Below are positions 7,286-16,502 of a stretch of DNA of 20,000 bases, piece after piece. A program made the translations under genes and the position numbers. The notes under the pieces were generated by a model. That model was not told the origin of the DNA and made no database searches. It saw nothing but the letters and a program-made list of their open reading frames with translations. Origin of the DNA: an uncultured virus (IMG/VR IMGVR_UViG_3300033417_000007) (lineage: Duplodnaviria; Heunggongvirae; Uroviricota; Caudoviricetes); the IMG/VR virus record IMGVR_UViG_3300033417_000007; one strand, given 5' to 3'. The stretch's first letter is position 1. Every line of letters starts with the position of its first letter.

Positions 7286-7492
7286 CTACCTCTTCGCTTC
7301 AGCGATCTTGGCTTCGATCAGGTGGACAAGCTCCTTGGCGCAGTCGAGGTGAATGGACTTGGAGACCTTGACGATCAACTTGAACGTGATTCGAAGCATC
7401 TTCGGGTGGGCGTCCTTCTTGATCTTCTCGTCGCAGACGACACACTCGGATTCCTCCGTGTCGACCGCCTGGACGTTGTCCATGTTCAGCAT
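7286..7492 (-). CDS. Small zinc-binding hypothetical protein
   Basis: CVVC ... HLDC (treble-clef-like); start overlaps the upstream gene end. Confidence 0.7.
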   Translation of the reverse strand: MLNMDNVQAVDTEESECVVCDEKIKKDAHPKMLRITFKLIVKVSKSIHLDCAKELVHLIEAKIAEAKR

Positions 7493-9288
7493 GTCTGGGC
7501 CCCAAGCATCTCGAGCGCAGCCTCTACGATATCATCCGGTTCGATGTCCCGACAGATCCAATCGGAACACTTCTGCCAGGCCTTGGTCGACTGGCACGGA
7601 GAGCAGGGGAGCGGCCGGTAGATCTTCCGGAAACGACGTCCCACGGGTTCCCCTTTCACAGGGCTCGTGGCCGTGTAGATCATGACGGTCGGGATCCCGA
7701 GCGACGCCCCCAGATGCGCCGCGCCGCTGTCGGTCCCGATGATGAACGCGCAACCCGCAAGCAGGTCCGGAAGAAGCTCGATCGACGTTTTTCCCATGCA
7801 GTCGATCCCCACAAGACCTTCCCCGAGCGAGTCCCTGTCGGCTTGGGTGCCGATCAGCATCGGCACGTACCCGAGTGCCTCGATCTTCTTGGCGACCTCC
7901 CCCATGCGAGGGTACTTCTTGCGCTCCCACAGATCCCCAGGCTTGCATCCAGGGACGATCGCGGCTCCCTGGGTGAAGAGGCTGTCCGAAGGGGGCTTAA
8001 GGCCCCTGCACCACCCAGACACGTCGGGCTTCGATCCCTTCCAGCCGAAGCTGGATGCCATCTCAAGGAGTACGCTCCACTCTGGGGCGTGGTACAGGGA
8101 TACGTGCTTCCACTTCGACTGGTGCGTCGGAGTGAACCCTCGCGCGCGCCAAGGACCACTCAGGTAGGCGTCGGCCGCAGGAAGAGTCCCGACGCCGGCC
8201 ATCTCGACCACCTCATCCAAGTAGACGCACCTCTTCCATAATTCGGTCGTGGGCGAGTCGGTATCGACACACCCGACGATCTCGAGGCCGGTCGATTTCA
8301 GGGCATGAAGGAGCGGAAGGTTGAAGAGCGAGTTCCCGATCCCGCCGGCGAGGCTCACCGCGACGCGCTTCACCTCCCCAGACGAGATCACGACGGACCC
8401 CGCGGCATCAGGCTCCCCGCGAAACACCCGCTCAATCAAGGAATGCCAGTAGGTCAGGTGCCGGTCGAGGGTGTGGGACACCTCAAAATAACTCGAACGA
8501 GACCGCTTCTCCCGCAGCGCCTTCCTAAGGTGGTGGATGGCGACGTCCGGATCGTCCCGCTTCTTCCAGGGAAACGTGTGCATCCCGCCGAACATGCCGA
8601 CGAACCCGACGTCCGTCGATACGATCGGAAGCCCGCAAGCCTCCGCATCCGCCACCGCATAGGGAGCCCCCTCGGAAAGCGACAGGCACAGGTACGCGTC
8701 GGCCTGCCGGTAGAAGTCTTCCCTGGATTTCTTCTCGGGCGCGAAGGCGAGTTGACGAAACTCGACGTCCCGCATCTTCGCCCGGATGCGCTCGATGGCA
8801 ACCAACCCCTTGTTGGGGTTGCGCCAGTCGCCGATCACGACGGGGCGCACCCTGGACTCCGGCGTCCGCACGAACGGCTCCGCGTAGTTCGGGATTACGG
8901 TCGGACGATAGGGACGCCCGGCGGCCACCTTGCGGAACTCGCCGGCGATCCATTCGCTCGGGGCGACGTACCACCTGTTGGGCAGGCCGAACATCGCGTC
9001 TTGCGCTTCCACGAGGGCAAGCGTCTCAGGGGTCCTCCAGCTGGGGTCCCGCTCGTAGTGGGTCTTCGCACAGCCGTGATGAACCACCACCGTCCGGACC
9101 GACCCCGGGACATCGAGACTCAGGTGGTTGTCGGTGATGACGACGTCCGTTTTCGGGTCGAGATCTGAAGGAAGCTCCCTCACGGACACAAGGTCCAGGA
9201 AGACCTGACGCAGCTCGAAGTCGAACCTGGGCACGCCGCTCCAGGCGCCGTCCTCGTACCGCGACCCGACGTAGCTGAAGATCCTCAA
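7486..9288 (-). CDS. Bifunctional glycosyltransferase: GT4 (GT-B) fused to GT9 (ADP-heptose:LPS heptosyltransferase-like)
   Basis: N-half YLCLSLSEGAPYAVADAEACGLPIVSTDVG; C-half LAGGIGNSLFNLPLL, PG..W.RKKYP, IGTDSGAAHLGASLGIPTV and PCSPCQ..C..C. TTG start at 9288 overlaps the upstream TGA. Confidence 0.9.
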   Translation of the reverse strand: MRIFSYVGSRYEDGAWSGVPRFDFELRQVFLDLVSVRELPSDLDPKTDVVITDNHLSLDVPGSVRTVVVHHGCAKTHYERDPSWRTPETLALVEAQDAMFGLPNRWYVAPSEWIAGEFRKVAAGRPYRPTVIPNYAEPFVRTPESRVRPVVIGDWRNPNKGLVAIERIRAKMRDVEFRQLAFAPEKKSREDFYRQADAYLCLSLSEGAPYAVADAEACGLPIVSTDVGFVGMFGGMHTFPWKKRDDPDVAIHHLRKALREKRSRSSYFEVSHTLDRHLTYWHSLIERVFRGEPDAAGSVVISSGEVKRVAVSLAGGIGNSLFNLPLLHALKSTGLEIVGCVDTDSPTTELWKRCVYLDEVVEMAGVGTLPAADAYLSGPWRARGFTPTHQSKWKHVSLYHAPEWSVLLEMASSFGWKGSKPDVSGWCRGLKPPSDSLFTQGAAIVPGCKPGDLWERKKYPRMGEVAKKIEALGYVPMLIGTQADRDSLGEGLVGIDCMGKTSIELLPDLLAGCAFIIGTDSGAAHLGASLGIPTVMIYTATSPVKGEPVGRRFRKIYRPLPCSPCQSTKAWQKCSDWICRDIEPDDIVEAALEMLGAQTC

Positions 9289-9899
9289 AGGGAAACTCCA
9301 CCGAACAGGACCACCCCGATACGCCCCAACGTCCCGGGAAGATATGTCCCACCGCGCTCCATGATGACGGCTGGAACGCCGCCGTCCCCATGGGAATCCG
9401 GATGCTGGATCGACGCGTCGTCGAAAAATACCACCCCAGGTCCATCCCCAATATCTTCCGCGGCACATTCGTACTCAGCGCCCGCGCTGGAGAAGGAGTG
9501 GTTCCCGTCGATCAGCCACACATTCGGAGTCGCTTCTACGGGGAACGCCCTTCGGTGGCCCTTATTCCTCAGAAGACCGGTCGAATCCCCCGTCATAAAT
9601 TCCGCCACTCCATCGAGTCCGGCCGTCTCCAGAAACATCCGGCCCGCCAAAGACGCGACAGGGTCGATGTCGACCGAGACGAGACGGCACTCCCTCTCCT
9701 GCGCCGCCGCCGCAAGCCAAAGCGCGCTCCACCCACGATACGTCCCGATCTCCACAATCCCCCTGACGTGGATCGGAAGAGTGCAAATCACGCGGTATAG
9801 AAGTTCGATCTCGAACCTCGGAATGGAACGCTTCGTCCGATTGGAAATCTCTTCCTCGGAAACGCTACAGAGAAACCTACGGATGTCGACGAGTTTCAT
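9285..9899 (-). CDS. Class I SAM-dependent methyltransferase (Methyltransf_24 / O-methyltransferase-like)
   Basis: IVEIGTYRGWSA, LVSVDID, GDS, LIDGNHS, GVVFFDD; ATGA coupling. Confidence 0.9.
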   Translation of the reverse strand: MKLVDIRRFLCSVSEEEISNRTKRSIPRFEIELLYRVICTLPIHVRGIVEIGTYRGWSALWLAAAAQERECRLVSVDIDPVASLAGRMFLETAGLDGVAEFMTGDSTGLLRNKGHRRAFPVEATPNVWLIDGNHSFSSAGAEYECAAEDIGDGPGVVFFDDASIQHPDSHGDGGVPAVIMERGGTYLPGTLGRIGVVLFGGVSL

Positions 9900-10444
9900 T
9901 TCGGAGCCTCCGCGACGACCCGGATCGACGGTCCCCACTGCGGGTTGGAGTGGACCGGAGCTTCGGCCCGGACCGACACGAACTTCGCCTCCTTGAGTTC
10001 CATCACGAGCCTCGGAGCGTCCCACCAGGACCCGTTCATCTGCCCGGGATGTTCGTGGGTTCCACCGAACAGCGTGTGCCAGCTACGATGCGAGAGCGCC
10101 GAAGCGGGCTTCTTGACGAAACGATTGGCGGCGCTGTCGGTCCAAGTCCACCCCGCTTCATGCCAGGCGACGTATTCCCTGGCGATCGCGAGAATGTCGG
10201 GACACTCGACGGAGAGCTTCCCGCCCGGCGCCATCGCGCGACGCCAGTGCCGCAGCATCTTCGGCACGTCCCTGTGGCTGATGTGCTCGATCAGGTGGAG
10301 CGACTCGAGTTCCGTAATCGAGCCGTCCCTGAACGTCGCGAGCGTCCGGGCATCGTCCTTGATGACGGTCTCGGAACGCGGGTAGAGGTCTACGTTGAGC
10401 CATCCAGGCCGGATGTTCTGCGAGCACCCGAGGAAAACCTTCAT
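9896..10444 (-). CDS. Class I SAM-dependent methyltransferase (Methyltransf_11-like)
   Basis: KVFLGCS..PGWLNVD, HLIEHI, WRRAMAPGGKLSVECPD; ATGA coupling. Confidence 0.88.
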   Translation of the reverse strand: MKVFLGCSQNIRPGWLNVDLYPRSETVIKDDARTLATFRDGSITELESLHLIEHISHRDVPKMLRHWRRAMAPGGKLSVECPDILAIAREYVAWHEAGWTWTDSAANRFVKKPASALSHRSWHTLFGGTHEHPGQMNGSWWDAPRLVMELKEAKFVSVRAEAPVHSNPQWGPSIRVVAEAPK

Positions 10445-11178
10445 GTTCGCCTCCATCCAGCGACCGCATCGCGATTGAGCGGCGCATCCTCTCCGGCGCG
10501 CTGCTCGTTGTCCCAGGTCGAATCCTGCTTCTTCCACGCGAACGTGCGAACGAGCCCGGGCACGCAGGCGACATGACGCCCGAGCATCTTAACAGACGAC
10601 GGCGCCCAGGTGGCGACCCACCAGTCTACGTTGGAACCGATCCCGCGCGGCTGTCCGGCCACGCGCTTAGGGGCCCCAAGCTCCCGCGTCGGGATCGGCA
10701 TGACGGCTGTCCAGTAGTCCCGGTGTGCGTGCATGTGGGTCGCCCGGCAACTGTCTTTGAAGGAAACGGCGATCCCGTTCATGTTCGTCCTGCGGATGGT
10801 CTTGTGCTCGGCCGCTTCGTGGCCGGTGAGAAGCGGCCTATCCTTCAGGTGCTGCACGTCCCGCAGGATCTCGAGGATGTCCGGGTCGACCTCTACGTCG
10901 TCCTGGAAGTAGGAAATCCATTCCAGAGATCGATCCGCCAGTAGGAAAGAAAGGCCGATGTTGAGCGCGCACGCGAGGCCCCTCTTCCCCTGGATCGGGA
11001 TGTACGAGAACCCGGCCTCGATGGCATACGCCTGATGCTCGACCTGATGTTGCGTGCCCGATGAATCATCGACCACCAGCACGAGTCGGCCGCCGCGGAC
11101 CTTTCGGATCGACTCGAAGGCGCTTCGGGCGTGCTTTGGCCGGTCGCACACGGTGACGAGAACCGCCGTGTCCTGCAT
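10441..11178 (-). CDS. Glycosyltransferase family 2 (GT-A)
   Basis: VLVTVCDRP, LVVDDSS, RGLACALNIGL, YFQDDVEVD; SD AAGGAGG. Confidence 0.85.
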   Translation of the reverse strand: MQDTAVLVTVCDRPKHARSAFESIRKVRGGRLVLVVDDSSGTQHQVEHQAYAIEAGFSYIPIQGKRGLACALNIGLSFLLADRSLEWISYFQDDVEVDPDILEILRDVQHLKDRPLLTGHEAAEHKTIRRTNMNGIAVSFKDSCRATHMHAHRDYWTAVMPIPTRELGAPKRVAGQPRGIGSNVDWWVATWAPSSVKMLGRHVACVPGLVRTFAWKKQDSTWDNEQRAGEDAPLNRDAVAGWRRT

Positions 11179-11392
11179 GTCCCCCTCCTTTTACCACGAG
11201 ATCATCCACGGATCTGGTCTGCTCCGCAAGGGAAGCCTCACGGAGCCCGCGGCGCCACACCTGGATCAACACCTCGGCCGCAAGCGGAATGTGCTCGAGG
11301 GAGTATCCATGGTACTTCACGTCGCCGGCCTCCTCGATCCGGACGACCGCGACGGCCGGCTGCTTGCACCCGCAGACGCAAAGTACCTCCAC
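11066..11392 (-). CDS. Hypothetical protein
   Basis: GTG with SD GGAGGT; N-terminal CVCGC; the tail overlaps the next gene by 113 nt. Confidence 0.55.
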   Translation of the reverse strand: MEVLCVCGCKQPAVAVVRIEEAGDVKYHGYSLEHIPLAAEVLIQVWRRGLREASLAEQTRSVDDLVVKGGGHAGHGGSRHRVRPAKARPKRLRVDPKGPRRPTRAGGR

Positions 11393-11393
11393 G

Positions 11394-12296
11394 CTACCTC
11401 CGCTCGACAGATCCGTTGGAGATGTACTCCTTGCCGGCGTCGTCTTTGACGCTCACGCAGTCGACCCAGGTGGCCCCCAGCGGGGACCGGTTCTGCAGAA
11501 GGACGTCGAACCGATGGGAGAGCCTGGGAACCTTCACCGCAAGACGCACGAGGTTCCAGACCGGCCGATCCGGAGGAATGTTCGCGTCGGTCTGCCCGGC
11601 AAGCGACCCGTCCTCCCTGAAGAACCTGATCCGGAAGGTCCCGTCGCGATCAGTTCCGAGGGAGTAGGCGTAGCAGGACATGACGAGAGTCTCCCCTTCA
11701 TCCGGAGGTGCGACCCTCTCCGTGATGGCCGAGGAGTATTCGGACTTGTCCTCAAGGCCCGTGGGAATGAGCCGGATGGAGTTGCCCCCCTCCATCGCGA
11801 AAGTCGTGTCGACACGCATGATGTCGTTCGGATGGAATCCCATCCACCAGTCAGGCTTCCAGACCGCAAGCTTAGCGGACTCCGCCCCAGGCCGAAGGCC
11901 CGCGACCACCATCATGGTAGGCCTGAGCTTCTGGCGACCTTCGTCCGGTAGTGCGTCCCACGCCAGGCCGTACCAGTGATACGCGCGGCCCTTGATCGCA
12001 GTCCTGTAGTATGGATGCGCACGCATAGACGCCTTCAGCCACGCATGTCCAACCTTGATCGGATCGACCCCCTCCTTCGACTCGAGCTCCGCCGCGCTCT
12101 TGAGATCGCGGTCGAGGCCGGAAGCGAGAAGCGGAACGGCCCCCTCCCAGTTCCCCTTCCTCGCCTCCCAACGCCCCATGATGGACAGGGACTTCCCGTC
12201 GTCGGGCTTTCTCTCGAGTTTCGCCTGGGCGACCTTGACGTCCGGAGGAACGTCCTGACCCGACATCAGCCCCGCCACGAGCAGCATCCAAACCAT
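11394..12296 (-). CDS. Putative exported protein: helical domain plus carbohydrate-binding (CBM4/9-like) beta-sandwich
   Basis: Hydrophobic N-terminus; helical region KPDDGK..GRW..KGNWEGAVPLLA..RAYHWY; C-terminal DTTFAMEGGNSIRL...GATWVDCVSV...ISNGSVE; SD AGGAGGT. Confidence 0.7.
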   Translation of the reverse strand: MVWMLLVAGLMSGQDVPPDVKVAQAKLERKPDDGKSLSIMGRWEARKGNWEGAVPLLASGLDRDLKSAAELESKEGVDPIKVGHAWLKASMRAHPYYRTAIKGRAYHWYGLAWDALPDEGRQKLRPTMMVVAGLRPGAESAKLAVWKPDWWMGFHPNDIMRVDTTFAMEGGNSIRLIPTGLEDKSEYSSAITERVAPPDEGETLVMSCYAYSLGTDRDGTFRIRFFREDGSLAGQTDANIPPDRPVWNLVRLAVKVPRLSHRFDVLLQNRSPLGATWVDCVSVKDDAGKEYISNGSVERR

Positions 12297-12299
12297 ACG

Positions 12300-13196
12300 T
12301 CACCTCCTCGATACGGACTCGACCAACCTCTTCCACCTGGAAGCACACCTTCTGGACGACATCCTTTTGACGATCGACGCCCTGGCATTATAGCCTACCT
12401 TCTGTGCCACGTCACGATTTTCCAAAAGAAATTCGAGGCGTCCCACGGCCTCAGCCTCCGTATCCGCGATGAAGCAGTTCTTTCTGCTCACCATGAAATC
12501 GGAGAGGTTCCCAGGCCTCATCGTGACGACGGGCATTCCGATCGACATCGCCTCGAGGGCTGCGCAGCAGACGACGCCGCACGGATTGAAGTAGGCTCTT
12601 TGGAATTTGAGAGTGTCCACAAGCGCCTCCGGGCTTGGCGCGTGCGGGATGACCTGGATCCCGCTCTCCGTAAGCGCGTCGTTGCCGGTCCCAATACAGG
12701 AAATCTTTACATCCCGAGCTACCCGCCGAAGAACATCAGGCCCCTTCTCCGTTCGGTTCGGGATGAGATGCCCGGTCGTAATGACAGAGTTCGATGATCC
12801 GATGTAGCCGGAGAACAGGTTCGTGTCGATCCCCGGCTCGATGACACAGGCGTTCGGATCCCCTCCCATACTGAAGCGGGAAGCGGACTCCCTGCAGAGA
12901 GTCGTCCACGCTGAGATCCGGTCGTAGACGACCCGCGGAGGCCTTGGCCACTTCCCGAAATCGACGAAGGACTTCCAGATGATCGGGGTCTCCCGTGCCT
13001 TAAACAGGTCGAATCCAACCCTCGAGCAGACGATCGCGCAGTCGTACTCTCCATCCGGACCAGAAACCACCCTTGCGTTTTGCGGTTTCGGGCGGCACTT
13101 GGCGTCCCAGGATGGACACAGGACGTCGAAGTCGAACCCGGACTTCATGATTTCGGAGTCGCAGCTGGTGTGGGATATTTCGAGGAAGACCCTCAC
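12300..13196 (-). CDS. Glycosyltransferase, GT4-like (GT-B)
   Basis: IEPGIDTNLF, RTEKG, YFNP..AALEAMSIGMPVVT, GYNARA; GTG start overlaps the upstream TGA. Confidence 0.88.
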   Translation of the reverse strand: MRVFLEISHTSCDSEIMKSGFDFDVLCPSWDAKCRPKPQNARVVSGPDGEYDCAIVCSRVGFDLFKARETPIIWKSFVDFGKWPRPPRVVYDRISAWTTLCRESASRFSMGGDPNACVIEPGIDTNLFSGYIGSSNSVITTGHLIPNRTEKGPDVLRRVARDVKISCIGTGNDALTESGIQVIPHAPSPEALVDTLKFQRAYFNPCGVVCCAALEAMSIGMPVVTMRPGNLSDFMVSRKNCFIADTEAEAVGRLEFLLENRDVAQKVGYNARASIVKRMSSRRCASRWKRLVESVSRR

Positions 13197-13915
13197 AGAT
13201 ACCTCTGAGATGGAGGCGCGCCGCCCGCCCTCCATTCGACAAGAAGCTGCGGCCAGAAGCCGACGCCATCCCTCGGAAGATTCGCGATGGCATAGTGTTC
13301 GAAAATGTGCTGCCCTTTCTGCGGGAAGGCCCAATGAAGATGGTGATGCGCGAGCGCCTTATCCCGCACGCGTTTCGCGCCGGCGAAGGTGGGGATAGGA
13401 TGGCGCTCCGGATTCCCATCGTAGAGCGGGTGTTTCTGCCATGCCGTGTTCTGAGGCACCTCCATGTGGATGTTCGCGTGCCAGACTTTTCGTCCCCAGT
13501 CTTCCTCGCTGTAGTAGGGGAGTCCGTCGGAACCCCAGTGGACGGTCATGGTCTCGACGTAGGTGTTCGGGGTCGCAAGTTTGGCCTGCTCCAGAATCTC
13601 CCTAGATACGAACTCGTCGGAGTCGAGATCCACGACGACGTCTACGCCCATCGCCATCGCGATCCGGAAGGCGCGCGTCTTTGCCTGGCGGCACATGAAC
13701 GTCTTCCAGTCGCCGCTCTTATAGGAGTCGTCATAGACCCAAACGACATTGTGCGGAAGGTTCCGCCAGGAGCGTCGCTTCGCCGCCGGCGAGACGTCGA
13801 GCACGACATGGAACGTCGAAAGTTTTGAATGGTGTTCGAGCGCCCCGAAAAGGAACTCGAAGTCCACGTCGACCCCGCAGGCGGTCGCGAAGGCGACGGT
13901 AGGCGACGTCTTCAA
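13193..13915 (-). CDS. Divergent GT-A / GT2-like glycosyltransferase
   Basis: DVVVDLDSDEF (DxDE) and a late HHHLH motif; TTG start overlaps the upstream TGA. Confidence 0.7.
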   Translation of the reverse strand: MKTSPTVAFATACGVDVDFEFLFGALEHHSKLSTFHVVLDVSPAAKRRSWRNLPHNVVWVYDDSYKSGDWKTFMCRQAKTRAFRIAMAMGVDVVVDLDSDEFVSREILEQAKLATPNTYVETMTVHWGSDGLPYYSEEDWGRKVWHANIHMEVPQNTAWQKHPLYDGNPERHPIPTFAGAKRVRDKALAHHHLHWAFPQKGQHIFEHYAIANLPRDGVGFWPQLLVEWRAGGAPPSQRYL

Positions 13916-15690
13916 GTGAGTTTCCCCACCATCTCGCCCGCCGTCCGATCCCAAGTGAACCAGCTCCGGATAAACGAAGATCTCCCATGCCATTTCGCCG
14001 GCTTACCCCTAAGCACGCTCACGAGAGCTTCCATCGATATAGCCCCGTACTTCGCGAACCGCATACCAGCGTACCACTCGCAGACCGAATCCCCCTCAGG
14101 ATACCGGGCGGACCCTTCCACGGGAAACATAAACGCCCCCGTCTCCGCGCATTCGGAGTGGGACGTGTGATTCGGCACTATAGCCGGGAGCCCGCAGGCG
14201 ACCGCCTCGAAGAGCGGGAGATTGAACCCTTCCCCAAGAGACGTCGACACGTATGCATCGGCGCCGCAGTAGAGCGACGACATCTGATGCTCCGAGAGCC
14301 TTCCTGAAATGTGGTAGATCCTCGCCTTCTTCGTCGCCGGGTCGTCGAGGTCCGGATAAAGAAGCGGCTCGCCGTCATGCACGCCCGTGTAGATGACGAG
14401 ACAACGATCCCCTCCGGAAGGGAATGCCGCGAGGAACGAGGACACGAGGAACCCCAGACCCTTCCGGAAGGTCGGCTGGCAGACGGTGAGGTACTTGTAT
14501 CCGCGTGGGATCTCGGTCGTACCGATCCGTCGCGTCGTGAGCAGCCTTGCCTTCGGGAGGGTTCCCCTGCGAGGCCTGTAGATCGCAGGGTCGACCCCGA
14601 GCGGGATGACGCTGATCGGGATCGTGACCCCGGAAGCCTTGAACGTATCCCGATTCCACCGGGTCGGCGTCCACAGTTGCGAGTAGTTCCTGTTGATGAG
14701 GGAGACCATCCCGCGGTGGACCCGGTCCGCCGTCTCCATCATCGTGAAGATGATCCGCTCCCCCTTCGAAACCTCCTTCTGCGGAACGTAGAACCGAAGG
14801 AGCGGCGCTTTCGCGGACACTTCCGTTCCGAAGTACGGGTCGAGCCTGCGGCGCGTGTAGTCGTCGACCAGGACCGGCTCCGGATTCGGCGCGCGCCTCG
14901 CCGAAACCCTGACGGAGTTCGCGACCCGAAAGAGCGTCTCGCGGTTCGCTTTCGCGTAGCCCGACAGGTCGTAGAAGTGCCCGGACCAGGCGACCTCAGG
15001 ACCGTCTGGAACGTGACTCTGCGTCGACGGCCCCGAAGGGGTTCCCCACGACGGGTCAGGAGGCGCCTGGCCGATGGCCTTCAGCGCCCTAGCAGGCGCC
15101 TTTTTCCGGTCGAGCCGACTGGCCTCATGGACGATCACAGGGTGCGCCCCTTGGGAAGTCGGGCGCATCAGGCGCTCGATCCAGCAGTATTCGCGCGGCA
15201 GTCTCCGCAGGCGCGACGGATCCACCCTCGAGAGGACCGATGCGAGGTTGACCTGATCGAATCTGGACGGATGCCTGCGGTTTTCCTTCACCCACTCGGA
15301 GAGCACCCTTCTAGCGAGAGGAGATCTCCTCAGATAGAGCGTTCCGTTGAAGACCTTCCCTTGCCCCTCCCAAGCCGTCCCGGCACCGGAGACTTTTCCA
15401 GGGACATGCCGATACACCGCGATGTCGAAAAGGTCGCCGGCAGCGTCGAAGGCCGTCGGCTTTCGAACGAACACAGCATCCGCATCCACCCAGACGACCG
15501 CGGTGCACCTGGGCTCCACCTTGAGATTTGCAAGGAACCTGGCCTTGTGGTGGGTATTCTTCTCCCAGGAACCAAGGTCCCTCACCTTGACCGCGAGCAC
15601 GTCGACCCCGACCTTCTTGCCGGACTGAACAAGCCTCCTGGCGAGCTCCGCGTAACGGCCCGGCGTGTAGCAGGTGCAGTAGAGGATCAT
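13912..15690 (-). CDS. Bifunctional glycosyltransferase: nucleotide-diphospho-sugar transferase (GT-A) fused to GT4 (GT-B)
   Basis: N-half WEKNTHHKARF, VWVDADA, NGTLYL, DQVNL, LPREYC; C-half SGYAKANR, TMMET, WTPTRWN, RKG, TSLGEGFNLPLFEAVACGLP, FTWD. ATGA-coupled to the nuclease. Confidence 0.9.
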   Translation of the reverse strand: MILYCTCYTPGRYAELARRLVQSGKKVGVDVLAVKVRDLGSWEKNTHHKARFLANLKVEPRCTAVVWVDADAVFVRKPTAFDAAGDLFDIAVYRHVPGKVSGAGTAWEGQGKVFNGTLYLRRSPLARRVLSEWVKENRRHPSRFDQVNLASVLSRVDPSRLRRLPREYCWIERLMRPTSQGAHPVIVHEASRLDRKKAPARALKAIGQAPPDPSWGTPSGPSTQSHVPDGPEVAWSGHFYDLSGYAKANRETLFRVANSVRVSARRAPNPEPVLVDDYTRRRLDPYFGTEVSAKAPLLRFYVPQKEVSKGERIIFTMMETADRVHRGMVSLINRNYSQLWTPTRWNRDTFKASGVTIPISVIPLGVDPAIYRPRRGTLPKARLLTTRRIGTTEIPRGYKYLTVCQPTFRKGLGFLVSSFLAAFPSGGDRCLVIYTGVHDGEPLLYPDLDDPATKKARIYHISGRLSEHQMSSLYCGADAYVSTSLGEGFNLPLFEAVACGLPAIVPNHTSHSECAETGAFMFPVEGSARYPEGDSVCEWYAGMRFAKYGAISMEALVSVLRGKPAKWHGRSSFIRSWFTWDRTAGEMVGKLT

Positions 15691-16502
15691 GCCGACCACC
15701 CCTGACAAGGGACGTAGAACGGGCAGTAGATCGCCTTGCAGAGGAAGTGGGTCGGGTTCGTGGGGTACTCGTTGCGCTGGATCTTCCCCCACACGTCGGC
15801 CGCAAGCTCAGCCCATTTGTCGACGTCGTCCCTGGTCAGCTTGAACTCGACGACCTCGACTCTAGGGCGCTCCCCGCGGACGAGGAATACCTTGCGGACA
15901 GGAACGCTGCCCCCGTGGTCCACGCCGTTCTCGATCAATAAGCGCGCGTAGTGGGGGAACTGGATCGTCGACTTCTTTGCGGCGCTCGAGATCTTCTTCG
16001 TCGTCTTCCAGTCCCAGATCACGCCGGACGCGTCGATGACGTCGGCCTTCCCCCAGACCAGGAACTCCCCGTAGTCGCTCGGGTAAAGGAGCTTCACGTC
16101 GGTTTCGATGTCGCGCGGATCAATGAGAGGGATCACCTCCCGTGCGGCCAGCGGGACCAGTGCTCTACACTCCTCCCTCTGCACGTCAAGACCATCTCCC
16201 TCGTCATGAGACCACCCAAGGAAGTCCCTCTTGTGTTCCTCCCTCGCGACCGAAGACTTCCACCGGTTCAGGAAAACGTCATCGAGCTCTTTTTCGGAGG
16301 GGACGCTTGCCCCGAGCTTTTTTGCTACCAGGGCGTACTCGAGGGCGCCGTGGACGGCGATCCCCGACGTCATGACGAGTGGGGACTGCTGCGGGACCTT
16401 CTCCACGTACCGCAGGCGAAACTGCTCGGGGCACTTGAGGTAGCCCTCCACCTTGGACGGGGAGAGGTTCTTGATCGGCGACTGCAGAAGCCCGAACTCC
16501 AT
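15687..16502 (-). CDS. PD-(D/E)XK nuclease, Cas4-like / RecB-family exonuclease with probable Fe-S cluster
   Basis: LSPSKV..YLKCP, G.AVH..LE, E..V, GKADVID, DWKT, Q..HY, C-terminal CKAIYCPFYVPC. Confidence 0.92.
   Translation of the reverse strand: MEFGLLQSPIKNLSPSKVEGYLKCPEQFRLRYVEKVPQQSPLVMTSGIAVHGALEYALVAKKLGASVPSEKELDDVFLNRWKSSVAREEHKRDFLGWSHDEGDGLDVQREECRALVPLAAREVIPLIDPRDIETDVKLLYPSDYGEFLVWGKADVIDASGVIWDWKTTKKISSAAKKSTIQFPHYARLLIENGVDHGGSVPVRKVFLVRGERPRVEVVEFKLTRDDVDKWAELAADVWGKIQRNEYPTNPTHFLCKAIYCPFYVPCQGWSA

Noticed and set aside
15687..16502. CRISPR-associated cas4 or a CRISPR locus
   Set aside because: No cas1/cas2 or repeat-spacer array seen; solo Cas4-like nucleases are common in phages.
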